37,094 bases of DNA from the NCBI GenBank assembly GCA_028695025.1, contig JAQVJV010000008.1, forward strand, positions 1 to 37,094, in the 5' to 3' direction. Positions 9,518-17,289 of the stretch are shown one piece after another; within the stretch, counting starts at the first letter, position 1, and the number at the start of each line of letters is the position of its first letter. The DNA is from Candidatus Moraniibacteriota bacterium (GTDB lineage Bacteria; Patescibacteriota; Minisyncoccia; Moranbacterales; UBA11712). A program made the translations under genes and the position numbers. The notes below the pieces were generated by a model, which was not told the DNA's origin, did no database searches, and saw only the letters and a program-made list of their open reading frames with translations.

Positions 9518-9558
9518 CCAACATTCAATGTTCGGATTTCCCGAACATTGAATGTTGG
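9518..9558. repeat. perfect 18-bp inverted repeat with 5-nt loop (CCAACATTCAATGTTCGG-ATTTC-CCGAACATTGAATGTTGG) 10 nt upstream of the rluA start
   Basis: Read directly from the sequence. Each arm is itself nearly palindromic around TTCAA/TTGAA. No T-run follows. Confidence 0.6.
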
Positions 9559-9567
9559 GAAGCGCCA

Positions 9568-10302
9568 ATGCTAAAAATCATTTTCCAAAATCAGGATTTT
9601 ATCATCGTTGAAAAACCGGCGGGGCTGGCGGTCCATGGCGGAGCGGGGATGAGCGAGCCGACGCTCGTTGGTTTTCTCGTCGAAAAATTCCCGGAAATCA
9701 AAAACGTTGGAGACAATCCGGCGGTGCGCCCGGGGATCGTCCATCGCCTCGACAAAGAAACTTCGGGAGTGATGGTTGTGGCGCGCAACCAAAAGACTTT
9801 TGAATATCTCAAAAAACTTTTCGCGGATCGCAAAATTGAAAAAAAATATTTGGCGGTTGTCCATGGAAAACTCAAAAGCAAAACGGGGAAAATCGAGGGT
9901 GAGATGGGCCGCTCCAAAAAAGATTTCCGCAGACAATCCCTTGTCCGGGGAAAGATTCACCCTGTTGAATCCCGCAAAGCGGGTCTGGCTTCGCCAGAAT
10001 TCAACAGGGTAAACGTGCGAAAAGCAAGATATTCTTTAACCTTTTATAAAACACTAAGGGAATCCGGAGAAAAGACACTTCTCGAGGTCTCTCCCAAAAC
10101 CGGGCGGATGCACCAGATCCGGGTGCATCTGCAATCGATCGGCCATCCGGTTGTCGGGGACAAAAAATATACTTTCAAGCAGTGGAAGAATGACGCGGCG
10201 CCGCGTCTTATGCTCCATGCCGTTTCATTGGGCTTCACCAGCGCCCACAATGAAAAATATTTTTTCGAATGTCTCCCTCCGCCGGAATTTCAAAAAATTT
10301 GA
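9568..10302 (+). CDS. rluA: RluA-family pseudouridine synthase
   Basis: IIVEKPAGLAVHGG...HRLDKETSGVMVVARN...MHQIRVHL motifs. ORF extension upstream (9430) overlaps the tRNA and was trimmed to ATG 9568. Confidence 0.85.
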   Translation: MLKIIFQNQDFIIVEKPAGLAVHGGAGMSEPTLVGFLVEKFPEIKNVGDNPAVRPGIVHRLDKETSGVMVVARNQKTFEYLKKLFADRKIEKKYLAVVHGKLKSKTGKIEGEMGRSKKDFRRQSLVRGKIHPVESRKAGLASPEFNRVNVRKARYSLTFYKTLRESGEKTLLEVSPKTGRMHQIRVHLQSIGHPVVGDKKYTFKQWKNDAAPRLMLHAVSLGFTSAHNEKYFFECLPPPEFQKI

Positions 10303-10310
10303 ATCACAAA

Positions 10311-10337
10311 AACACCCCGATATGAAGGGTGTTTTTG
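10311..10337 (+). terminator. rho-independent terminator of rluA
   Basis: AACACCC-GATATGAA-GGGTGTTTTTG. Confidence 0.6.
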
Positions 10338-10341
10338 ATAT

Positions 10342-10416
10342 TGGAGCGAGTGAGCGGAATCGAACCGCCGTCTTATGCTTGGCAAGCATATGTACTAACC
10401 ATTGTACTACACTCGC
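10342..10416 (-). tRNA. tRNA-Gly (anticodon GCC), CCA encoded
   Basis: Reverse complement: GCGAGTG TA GTAC..GTAC A TATGC-TTGCCAA-GCATA ... GGCGG-TTCGATT-CCGCT CACTCGC T CCA. Confidence 0.85.
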
Positions 10417-10418
10417 GA

Positions 10419-11096
10419 TTAATATTCCCTAGACAACAAATCAAGCCATATAAGAATTTTCTTTTTGAGATATTTGTTGCCTAGCTGGATTGAACATACT
10501 CCGTAACTAACTTTTCTGGTTTTGTGTCTGCCATCTATAATTACTGGTTTATAAACATTATTTTTGTTTATATCTAATCTTTTACTCCAGTAATCTATAC
10601 AATTTCCTTGATCCAAATCAGGATAAACTATAATGTTAATTTTTAATTTATCTTCACTAATCTTACAGACTTCAACTAAAAACCTTTTAAATATTCGAAG
10701 CAAATCACTGTCAATATTTCCCACCCTAACAATACCATTTGAAAAATTTTTATCTCCTTCTCCCCAGTATAGAGCCAAACCAAGAAGAAAAATCTTATTA
10801 TGCTTTAATTTTTCAAAATCATCTTTTGCTTCTTTCTCTGATTTTTTGTAAAAGTTATGCCATTTTATTTTTTTCAAATTATTCAGATGTTTTAGTCTTT
10901 TTCTGCTTATCTCTTTTGCTCTTTTAGTTAGTTGTCTCTGGATATTTTTCGACCAATCAATATCCCTAAGCCAATAGGAGACCGTACTCTTGGAAACGCC
11001 AAGAATTTCAGCTATTTGCCGATAGCTCTTTTTGGCTCTCCTTAATTTGATAGCTTGTAATTTCTTATCTTTATTCATGAACCTTTGTGAATACAT
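10419..11096 (-). CDS. putative free-standing LAGLIDADG-type homing endonuclease with N-terminal HTH domain
   Basis: N-terminal HTH (KKSYRQIAEILGVSKSTVSYWL). Single LAGLIDADG-like motif FLLGLALYWGEGDK (compare I-DmoI LLGLIIGDGG). Lies between tRNA-Gly and the intron-containing tRNA-Phe on the same strand. Confidence 0.45.
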   Translation of the reverse strand: MYSQRFMNKDKKLQAIKLRRAKKSYRQIAEILGVSKSTVSYWLRDIDWSKNIQRQLTKRAKEISRKRLKHLNNLKKIKWHNFYKKSEKEAKDDFEKLKHNKIFLLGLALYWGEGDKNFSNGIVRVGNIDSDLLRIFKRFLVEVCKISEDKLKINIIVYPDLDQGNCIDYWSKRLDINKNNVYKPVIIDGRHKTRKVSYGVCSIQLGNKYLKKKILIWLDLLSREY

Positions 11097-11148
11097 TTGT
11101 ATATTAACACATCGGTTCTAATTTTAAAAGTACTCTAAATTTTATGGG

Positions 11149-11477
11149 TGCCGAGGGAGAGAATCGAACTCTCGACACAAGGATTTTCCTTGTTGCTGAC
11201 CCGGATTTCTCCGGGAGTCGGACTATTTCATCCCCTCTCTTCGTGAAAAGAGGGGTCGGGCGCTGATGCAGGGTTATTGTCGGGCCTCACCTGCTAGTCT
11301 CTACACCTGCCTTCGCTAAAGCCACGGGCTTTCCCGGCGAAGGATTGGCTCGAGATTACCATATCCCGATTTTACATCGAAACTTAGGCTTCCTCGAATT
11401 CACCCGATTTTCATTTTCACATTGCTGTGAAACGGACCGAAAACCAGTCCTCTGCTCTACCACTGAGCTACCTCGGC
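11149..11477 (-). tRNA. tRNA-Phe (anticodon GAA) interrupted in the anticodon loop by a group I intron; exons 11446-11477 and 11149-11188 (junction +/-1 nt)
   Basis: 5' exon GCCGAGGTAGCTCAGTGGTAGAGCAGAGGACT. 3' exon GAAAATCCTTGTGTCGAGAGTTCGATTCTCTCCCTCGGCA. Spliced product has a Phe-like anticodon arm GAGGA-CTGAAAA-TCCTT, variable loop GTGTC and discriminator A. The exon-terminal U forms a U:G pair in a P1-like helix GGACUG/CGGUCC. The intron ends in G. Confidence 0.75.
11189..11445 (-). ncRNA. group I (IC3-like) self-splicing intron, ~257 nt, no internal ORF
   Basis: Core segments resembling the Azoarcus and cyanobacterial tRNA introns: GCCGGGAAAGCCCGTGGC, GAAGCCTAAG, TATGGTAAT, GAGCCAA, GAAGGCAGGTGTAGAGACTAGCAGG. 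Terminal G before the 3' exon. Confidence 0.7.
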
Positions 11478-11541
11478 TTGTTATATATTGTTCAAATAAC
11501 TGTGGGCGCGAAAAAACTTTCACCCCGCGCCAAAATCTGCG

Positions 11542-11615
11542 TGGACGATGCTGGACTCGAACCAGCGACCCTCTGTTTGTAAAACAGATGCTCTAACCAG
11601 CTGAGCTAATCGTCC
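11542..11615 (-). tRNA. tRNA-Val (anticodon TAC)
   Basis: Reverse complement: GGACGAT TA GCTC AGCTGGTTA GAGC A TCTGT-TTTACAA-ACAGA GGGTC GCTGG-TTCGAGT-CCAGC ATCGTCC A. Confidence 0.85.
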
Positions 11616-11709
11616 TATATAAGTTAGTCTGTAGTCAAAACTGCTTGCCCGCCAAAGTCCCGCCGAAAGCGGGACGGAGGCGGGAGCTACGCGCCCGTCT
11701 AAATAAATC

Positions 11710-11796
11710 TGGTGCCGTGGGGGAGACTCGAACTCCCACGCCCTAATGGACACCAGCCCCTCAAGCTGGCCCGTCTACCGATTCCGGCACCACGGC
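11710..11796 (-). tRNA. tRNA-Leu (anticodon GAG), type II, CCA encoded
   Basis: Reverse complement: GCCGTGG ... CCAGC-TTGAGGG-GCTGG, long variable arm, GGGAG-TTCGAGT-CTCCC CCACGGC A CCA. Confidence 0.85.
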
Positions 11797-11802
11797 TTAA
11801 AT

Positions 11803-12273
11803 CTATTGCTTTTTTTCTTCTTTACCTTCCGCCACTCCTTCTTTATTTTCGGATATTTTTGAAGTATCTTCTTTTGACGTTTCCGCAGGCTTTTTGTTTG
11901 CATCTTCTCCAGCGGCAAACTTATCCAGTTCCTTGGTTTTCAATTTGGAGATACGCACTCCTTTATTGCGGAGGTAATAAAGCTTTGAGCGGCGGATTTT
12001 GGCTTGCTTCACGACTTCGATTTTGGCAATGGCGGGAGAATGAAGCGGGATGGTGATTTCCACGCCGATGCCGAAAGAAACCCGGCGGATAGTAACCATG
12101 GGAGAAGAACTTTGCCGGCCCTTGATAGCGATCACGATCCCCTCAAAAATCTGGATTCTTTCTTTTTCTCCTTCTTTGATCTTGCGATGAATTTTGACTA
12201 TCTCGCCCGCTTTGAGATCCGGCCTTTTCGAGGATTCGCGAACCTTGGCGTTGAATTGCTGTACCTTTTGCAT
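11803..12273 (-). CDS. rplS: 50S ribosomal protein L19 with Lys/Glu-rich C-terminal extension
   Basis: IHRKIKEGEKERIQIFEGIVIAIKG..VTIRRVSFGIGVE signature of bL19. Acidic/basic tail EGVAEGKEEKKQ. Confidence 0.9.
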   Translation of the reverse strand: MQKVQQFNAKVRESSKRPDLKAGEIVKIHRKIKEGEKERIQIFEGIVIAIKGRQSSSPMVTIRRVSFGIGVEITIPLHSPAIAKIEVVKQAKIRRSKLYYLRNKGVRISKLKTKELDKFAAGEDANKKPAETSKEDTSKISENKEGVAEGKEEKKQ

Positions 12274-12360
12274 CCTTTTGGTCTTTTATTGAAATTATTA
12301 TAAAAAATGACTTTTTAAAAGCTAGTTTATACTATAACTATTTTCCCAAACCGTCAAGCA

Positions 12361-12389
12361 TTGACAAATTGTTCCAGATGGATTATACT
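12361..12389 (+). promoter_or_regulatory. near-consensus sigma70 promoter TTGACA-17-TATACT with no annotated gene directly downstream
   Basis: Hexamers read directly. Downstream lie a 51-codon ORF (12487-12642) and structured GC-rich segments. Confidence 0.4.
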
Positions 12390-12696
12390 ATCCTAGTGCC
12401 CGATTGAAAAAGGGCCGCCCAAGGAGGGCAAAAACTACTTTTTCGAAAAAGGGTTTTTTATTTGGAAAATTTCTTCAAAAAAACATATGACTAGGCTCGA
12501 AATGGTCAAACAACTCGAATTTCTCATCGCTTTCCAAGCTGAATGCCTGGCTAAAGGAGACTGGGAAAGTTTTGACAACACAGAAAATGAAATCAAAAAA
12601 ATCGAAAGGGTGATTTTGGACGAAAAGCAAAAAACAGCTTGAATTTCAGGTGAATTCTCATTGTTTCACGAAGGGTATCTCTTGTTTCACAGGAAC

Positions 12697-12725
12697 TTGA
12701 CTTTTATTATATAAAATGCTATACT
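12697..12725 (+). promoter_or_regulatory. near-consensus sigma70 promoter TTGACT-17-TATACT for the 3D-domain gene, preceded by direct repeats TTGTTTCAC x2
   Basis: Hexamers and 17-nt spacer read directly. Direct repeats TTGTTTCAC lie just upstream of the -35. Confidence 0.5.
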
Positions 12726-12816
12726 ACCCCGTTAGGTCCTGAAAAGGGCTTTTTTGTTTGCCTCTCTTCGAGGCGGCTTGAAGTAAGGATCTGACATTAA
12801 CAATTCAAGCATTTCA

Positions 12817-13302
12817 ATGCGTATTTTGGCGACATTGATCCTCTCTGCGATCCTCGCGACGGTTAGTCCGGCGCTTGCCGCAGACACGGACGATAACGGA
12901 AACCAAAATGCCAAACAAACATTGGAAATCAAAAATACAAGCACTCTTGATGATAATTTTCTCTTGGCATCCTATGTGCCGAAGTTCTCTCAAGAAAAAA
13001 ATGAATTTCATCCGAAAAACAATTTTCTGATCAACGCCTCGGCCTATACCGCCTCCGCTGACGAATGTGGAAAATCAGACGGAATTACGGCAAGCGGCGC
13101 AATGGTCCGGCCAAACCATACTCTGGCTTGTCCCAAACAATATGCTTTCGGGACCAGGATCCGGATTGATGGTATGGGAACTTATACCTGTGAAGACCGC
13201 GGCGGCGCAATCAAAGGAAATCACTTCGATATCTATATGACTACCAAGAAAGAAGCCTTTGAATTCGGCCGCCAGCACCTTCTGGCTGTGGTAGTGGAAT
13301 AA
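12817..13302 (+). CDS. secreted 3D-domain protein (MltA/YuiC-like lytic transglycosylase fold)
   Basis: Signal peptide. 3D-domain hallmark AYTASADECGKSDGITASGAMV...TCEDRGGAIKGNHFDIYM. Confidence 0.75.
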   Translation: MRILATLILSAILATVSPALAADTDDNGNQNAKQTLEIKNTSTLDDNFLLASYVPKFSQEKNEFHPKNNFLINASAYTASADECGKSDGITASGAMVRPNHTLACPKQYAFGTRIRIDGMGTYTCEDRGGAIKGNHFDIYMTTKKEAFEFGRQHLLAVVVE

Positions 13303-13304
13303 AG

Positions 13305-13335
13305 AAAACCCCGACTCAATCGGGGTTTTCTTTTT
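13305..13335. terminator. bidirectional rho-independent terminator between the 3D-domain gene and clpP
   Basis: AAAACCCCGA-CTCAAT-CGGGGTTTTCTTTTT. Confidence 0.6.
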
Positions 13336-13351
13336 GGAGATTTTGGACGGT

Positions 13352-13939
13352 TTATTTTATGATCTTATCTACAATTCCATATTCTTTGGCTTCAATTGCG
13401 CTCATGAAATAGTCGCGTTCGGTGTCTTCCTGCACTTTTTTGATTCTTTGTCCGGTATGCTTGGAAAGAATTTCGTTGAGACGCTCTTTGGTGCGCATGA
13501 TGTGTTTCGCGTGGATGGCAACATCAGTGGCTTGTCCCTGGGCGCCGCCCATCACCTGATGGATCAATACTTCGCTGTTGGGGAGGCAGAAACGCTTTCC
13601 CTTTTTTCCGGAAGCGAGGAGCAGGGCTCCCGCCGAAGCGGCAAGTCCCACGCAGATGGTTGAGACGTCGGCTTTCGCGTATTGCATCGTGTCATAAATC
13701 GCAAGAGCCGCGCTCACGCTTCCGCCCGGTGAGTTGATATAGAGGCGGATATCGGCTTTGCTGTCCTGGCTATCCAAGAAAAGAAGCTGGGCGATTATGG
13801 CGTTGGCGATATGGTCATCAATCGGCCCTCCCAGAAAAATGATGCGCTCTTTCAGGAGCCGGGAATAGATGTCATAAGCCCGCTCGCCATAGGCGGTTTT
13901 TTCAATAACGGTGGGGATGAGAAATTGGTTTTGTAACAT
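13352..13939 (-). CDS. clpP: ATP-dependent Clp protease proteolytic subunit
   Basis: Catalytic-triad context [46 protein letters not shown]. Confidence 0.92.
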   Translation of the reverse strand: MLQNQFLIPTVIEKTAYGERAYDIYSRLLKERIIFLGGPIDDHIANAIIAQLLFLDSQDSKADIRLYINSPGGSVSAALAIYDTMQYAKADVSTICVGLAASAGALLLASGKKGKRFCLPNSEVLIHQVMGGAQGQATDVAIHAKHIMRTKERLNEILSKHTGQRIKKVQEDTERDYFMSAIEAKEYGIVDKIIK

Positions 13940-13951
13940 GAATATTTTTAA

Positions 13952-15226
13952 TTATAATTTTTCCAGAAATTGGAATACTTTTTCGTTGAGGATTATTCCT
14001 TGGATATAATTATACAGTTTTTCCATATCAATATTTTTTTCCATGTCCGGTATTGTTTTGTAGTACGCCATAGCTTTGTTGATTTCTTGCTCAACTTCTT
14101 CCGCAGGCGCTTTTATCTCTTCTCCTGCGGCAATTTCCCGAAGAACAAGGGCGGCACGCACCCGCTTTTCGGCGGTATCTTTCCATCCCTCCACGAGCTC
14201 GTCTTTCGATTTCTTGATATTTCCAAGGTATGTCTCGAGATCCATCCCCATCGAAGCTATATTTTGTTCCATCTCCCCCAGCATTTTTTCAAGCTCTTGA
14301 TCGATCAATATGTCCGGCAGTTCAATTTTTGATTCCCCGGCAATTTTTTCAATTGTTTCCGTTCTCCACTTTTCGCTTTCTTTTTTTTCCTGCTCAAGGT
14401 TTATTCCTTCGGAGAGGCTTTTTTTGAGAGCCTCAAAATTTTCGAAGTCGCCAAGGCTTTTGGCGAAGTCATCATTGATCTTCGGAAGTTCTTTTTCCTG
14501 GACGATTTTCATCTTAACTTTGAAGCGGGCCGGTTTTCCGGAGAGATCCTTTTGATGATAGTCTTTCGGGAACGCAAGGTCAAATTCTTTTTTGTCTTTT
14601 TCTCCCATTCCGACGAGGTTGTCTTCGAATCCGGGGATGAAATAGTTTTCTCCAATGGTGAGAGGGTGATTCTTGGCCGATCCGCCATCGATGATTTTTC
14701 CGTCAACAAATACGTCAAAATCAATTTCCACCCGGTCCCCTTTTCGGGCTCCTCTTGCTACGGTGACCAGCTTGGCCCGGCTTTTTTGCAGGGTCTCCAA
14801 TTCTTTTTCAATTTCTTTTTCTCCAGCCTTCTCCGGGTTTTTTCTTTCGATTGATTTTGCGATTGAGCGGTAGTTTGGGAGCTCTATCTTCGGCATGACG
14901 GCAACGGTTGCCGTGAACTCGAAATCGTTTCCCTTGGCAATTTTGGATATGTTTATTTTCGGCTCGCCAATAACTTCGATATGCCCTTTAAGGATTGCGT
15001 CAACGTAGGTTTTTTTGATGGCTTTTTCCGCGCCATGGGCAAGAATTTTTTCCGATCCGGCCTTTTTTTCCACGACATCAAAGGGCGCTTTTCCGGGGCG
15101 GAAACCGTCAATTTTGAGATCTTTGGAAATTTCCGCGGCGGCATTTTCCAAAAACCTGTCAAATTCGTCGGACGGAACCGTAAATTTCAATTCCACTTGG
15201 GATTTTGGCAGTTTTTTTATATCCAT
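13952..15226 (-). CDS. tig: trigger factor
   Basis: N-terminal ribosome-binding motif FRPGKAP. FKBP-like PPIase middle domain (GENYFIPGFEDNLVGM). Start trimmed to MDIKKLPK. Confidence 0.9.
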   Translation of the reverse strand: MDIKKLPKSQVELKFTVPSDEFDRFLENAAAEISKDLKIDGFRPGKAPFDVVEKKAGSEKILAHGAEKAIKKTYVDAILKGHIEVIGEPKINISKIAKGNDFEFTATVAVMPKIELPNYRSIAKSIERKNPEKAGEKEIEKELETLQKSRAKLVTVARGARKGDRVEIDFDVFVDGKIIDGGSAKNHPLTIGENYFIPGFEDNLVGMGEKDKKEFDLAFPKDYHQKDLSGKPARFKVKMKIVQEKELPKINDDFAKSLGDFENFEALKKSLSEGINLEQEKKESEKWRTETIEKIAGESKIELPDILIDQELEKMLGEMEQNIASMGMDLETYLGNIKKSKDELVEGWKDTAEKRVRAALVLREIAAGEEIKAPAEEVEQEINKAMAYYKTIPDMEKNIDMEKLYNYIQGIILNEKVFQFLEKL

Positions 15227-15242
15227 AAAAATAATGCAAATG

Positions 15243-15773
15243 CTATTTCTTAAACTTTTCCTTGTATAAACGCACGGCCTTTTCAACGGCTTCAATGGCC
15301 GCCTCTTTTCCTTCTACGCCGTCGATTGTTACAATTTTTTCCTCAATGGACTTATAAGTCTCGAAAAAGTGCTTGAATTCTTTCACGGTGTGGGGGTTAA
15401 CGTCAGAAAGATCAGCTACATTCTCCCAGCGGGGGTCTTTCACGGGGACGGCAATGACTTTGTCGTCGGACTCCCCGCTGTCGTCCATATGCATGACGGC
15501 TACGGGACGCACCTTAACCAAAATTCCCGGGGACAAAGGATAAGTTGAAAGGACGACAACATCCAATGGGTCGTTATCTTCCCAGAGAGTTTGCGGGGCG
15601 AAGCCATAGTCAAAGGGATAGTCCTGGGACGACTTCATAGCCCGATCAAGTTTGATGAGGCCTGTTTCTTTGTCGATTTCGTACTTGTTTTTCGATCCTT
15701 TGGGAATTTCAATGATTATATTGAATTCTTCGGGAGCTTTGTCGCCTAGCGACAAATCATGCCATAGGTTCAT
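15243..15773 (-). CDS. ppa: inorganic pyrophosphatase (family I)
   Basis: IIEIPKGSKNKYEID...DYGFAPQTLWEDNDPLDVVVL...HMDDSGESDDKVIAVP. Confidence 0.9.
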   Translation of the reverse strand: MNLWHDLSLGDKAPEEFNIIIEIPKGSKNKYEIDKETGLIKLDRAMKSSQDYPFDYGFAPQTLWEDNDPLDVVVLSTYPLSPGILVKVRPVAVMHMDDSGESDDKVIAVPVKDPRWENVADLSDVNPHTVKEFKHFFETYKSIEEKIVTIDGVEGKEAAIEAVEKAVRLYKEKFKK

Positions 15774-15809
15774 AAATTTGTATTTAGTATGATGTATTTA
15801 GTATTTTTT

Positions 15810-17105
15810 TTATTTCTCCTCTTCGTTTGTTTTTTCTGCTTCATCTTCTTCTTTTTCAATATCTGTTTTCTCATTACCACTTTCCTTTTCATCAGGTTCA
15901 TCTTTTTTTGTCTCTCCTGCCACAACATCAATTTTCCAACCGGTGAGTTTGGCGGCGAGTCGGACGTTTTGTCCTTGTTTTCCGATAGCAAGGGACAGTT
16001 GGTCAGACGGGACAAAAACGCGGGCTTCCTGATTTTCTTCATCAAGTTCCACTTTCAAAACTTTGGCCGGGGAAAGGGCGTTCGAGATGAATTTTGTCGG
16101 GTCTTCATTCCATTCAATGATATCAATTTTTTCTCCTCCCAATTCATCTATGACAGCTTGGACGCGGGTTCCTTTTTGTCCGACACAAGATCCGATCGGG
16201 TCGACTCCCTCTTCGCTCGACCAAACGGCGATTTTGGTCCTGGAGCCGGCTTCCCGGGACATGGCTTTTACTTCCACTGTTCCGGTGAAAATCTCCGGTA
16301 CCTCAATCTCAAAAAGCTTTTGCACGAGGGCCGGATGCGAACGGGAGAGGATGATTCCGGGGCCTTTGGCGTCTGATTCCACCTTCATGAGATAAATCTT
16401 GAGGCGCTGTCCCAAGCGATATCTTTCTCCATCAACCTGTTCCGAGGGAAACAAGATTCCGGTTGATTTTCCAAGATCAATGAAGATATTTCTTCCCTCG
16501 ATCCTTTGGATGACTCCGCTCAATACCTCCCCTTCTTTTTGCTTATACTCTTCATACATCGAATCGCGTTCCGCCTCGCGGATTTTTTGGATAATGACTT
16601 GCTTGGCGGTTTGGGCGGCAACGCGTCCGTAATCGCTCTTTGATTCCAATTTTTCCTCAATGATGTCCCCCACTTTGGCATCCGATTTCACTTTTTGCGC
16701 CTCTTCGACAGTGAGGTCCCGTTCCGGATTATAGCGAGGGATTTTTTCTTCGTCTGATTCGTTAGTATCCAGGGTTTCTTTCTCGCGAGAAGTTTCTTCC
16801 GGCTTGTCCGCCAAAGATTCATCGTCGTCGGATTCGAAAACACGGGTGGTTTCGTCCACCACTTCTTTCACAAGGAAAAAGTCTGCTCCCCCGGTGACTT
16901 CGTCGAATTGGGCCCGGATGTGTTGTCCGCGCCGGCCATAGTCTTTTTTGTAGGCGGCAGCAAGGGCTGATTCAATAGCTTCAATCACCTTGTTTTTATC
17001 AATTCCTTTTTCTTCGGAAATTTGAGCGATAGCGCTTCCAAATTGCCCGAGTCGCCCAGCTTGTTGTTCTTCGGCTGGCTTTTTGATTTTCTTTGGTCGT
17101 GGCAT
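15810..17105 (-). CDS. nusA: transcription termination/antitermination factor NusA with acidic C-terminal tail
   Basis: N-terminal domain ([14 protein letters not shown]), S1 domain and two KH domains ([43 protein letters not shown]). Confidence 0.9.
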   Translation of the reverse strand: MPRPKKIKKPAEEQQAGRLGQFGSAIAQISEEKGIDKNKVIEAIESALAAAYKKDYGRRGQHIRAQFDEVTGGADFFLVKEVVDETTRVFESDDDESLADKPEETSREKETLDTNESDEEKIPRYNPERDLTVEEAQKVKSDAKVGDIIEEKLESKSDYGRVAAQTAKQVIIQKIREAERDSMYEEYKQKEGEVLSGVIQRIEGRNIFIDLGKSTGILFPSEQVDGERYRLGQRLKIYLMKVESDAKGPGIILSRSHPALVQKLFEIEVPEIFTGTVEVKAMSREAGSRTKIAVWSSEEGVDPIGSCVGQKGTRVQAVIDELGGEKIDIIEWNEDPTKFISNALSPAKVLKVELDEENQEARVFVPSDQLSLAIGKQGQNVRLAAKLTGWKIDVVAGETKKDEPDEKESGNEKTDIEKEEDEAEKTNEEEK

Positions 17106-17220
17106 AGGTCTTGGATTTTACATTTTAGATTTTTGATAAAAAAATGTCCGTTCGCACGGACACTTGAATCACATCAGGTGTATATAAAATAACAAAGAAA
17201 AAAATATTTGTCAAATCCCC

Positions 17221-17255
17221 AAACAAAAATCCCCCGTGGATAGCGGAGGATTTTT
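17221..17255. terminator. bidirectional terminator-like hairpin downstream of the large membrane/TPR gene
   Basis: ATCCCCCG-TGGATAG-CGGAGGAT flanked by A- and T-runs. Confidence 0.4.
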
Positions 17256-17289
17256 TTAAAGATCATGTCAAACCTGTATTTACCTGTAT

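Noticed and set aside
9430-9567. Upstream extension of the rluA ORF
   Set aside because: It overlaps tRNA-Leu(TAG) and the 41-nt palindrome. The conserved RluA N-terminus starts at ATG 9568.
11345-12056. ORFs 11345..11596(+), 11520..11753(-), 11712..12056(+)
   Set aside because: They are translations across the tRNA-Phe, tRNA-Val and tRNA-Leu genes and the antisense of rplS, with no coding signal.
13970-15269. Several plus-strand ORFs (13970..14332, 14552..14854, 14981..15253 etc.)
   Set aside because: They are antisense to the well-supported tig gene and low-complexity, so they are artefacts of a Lys/Glu-rich coding strand.
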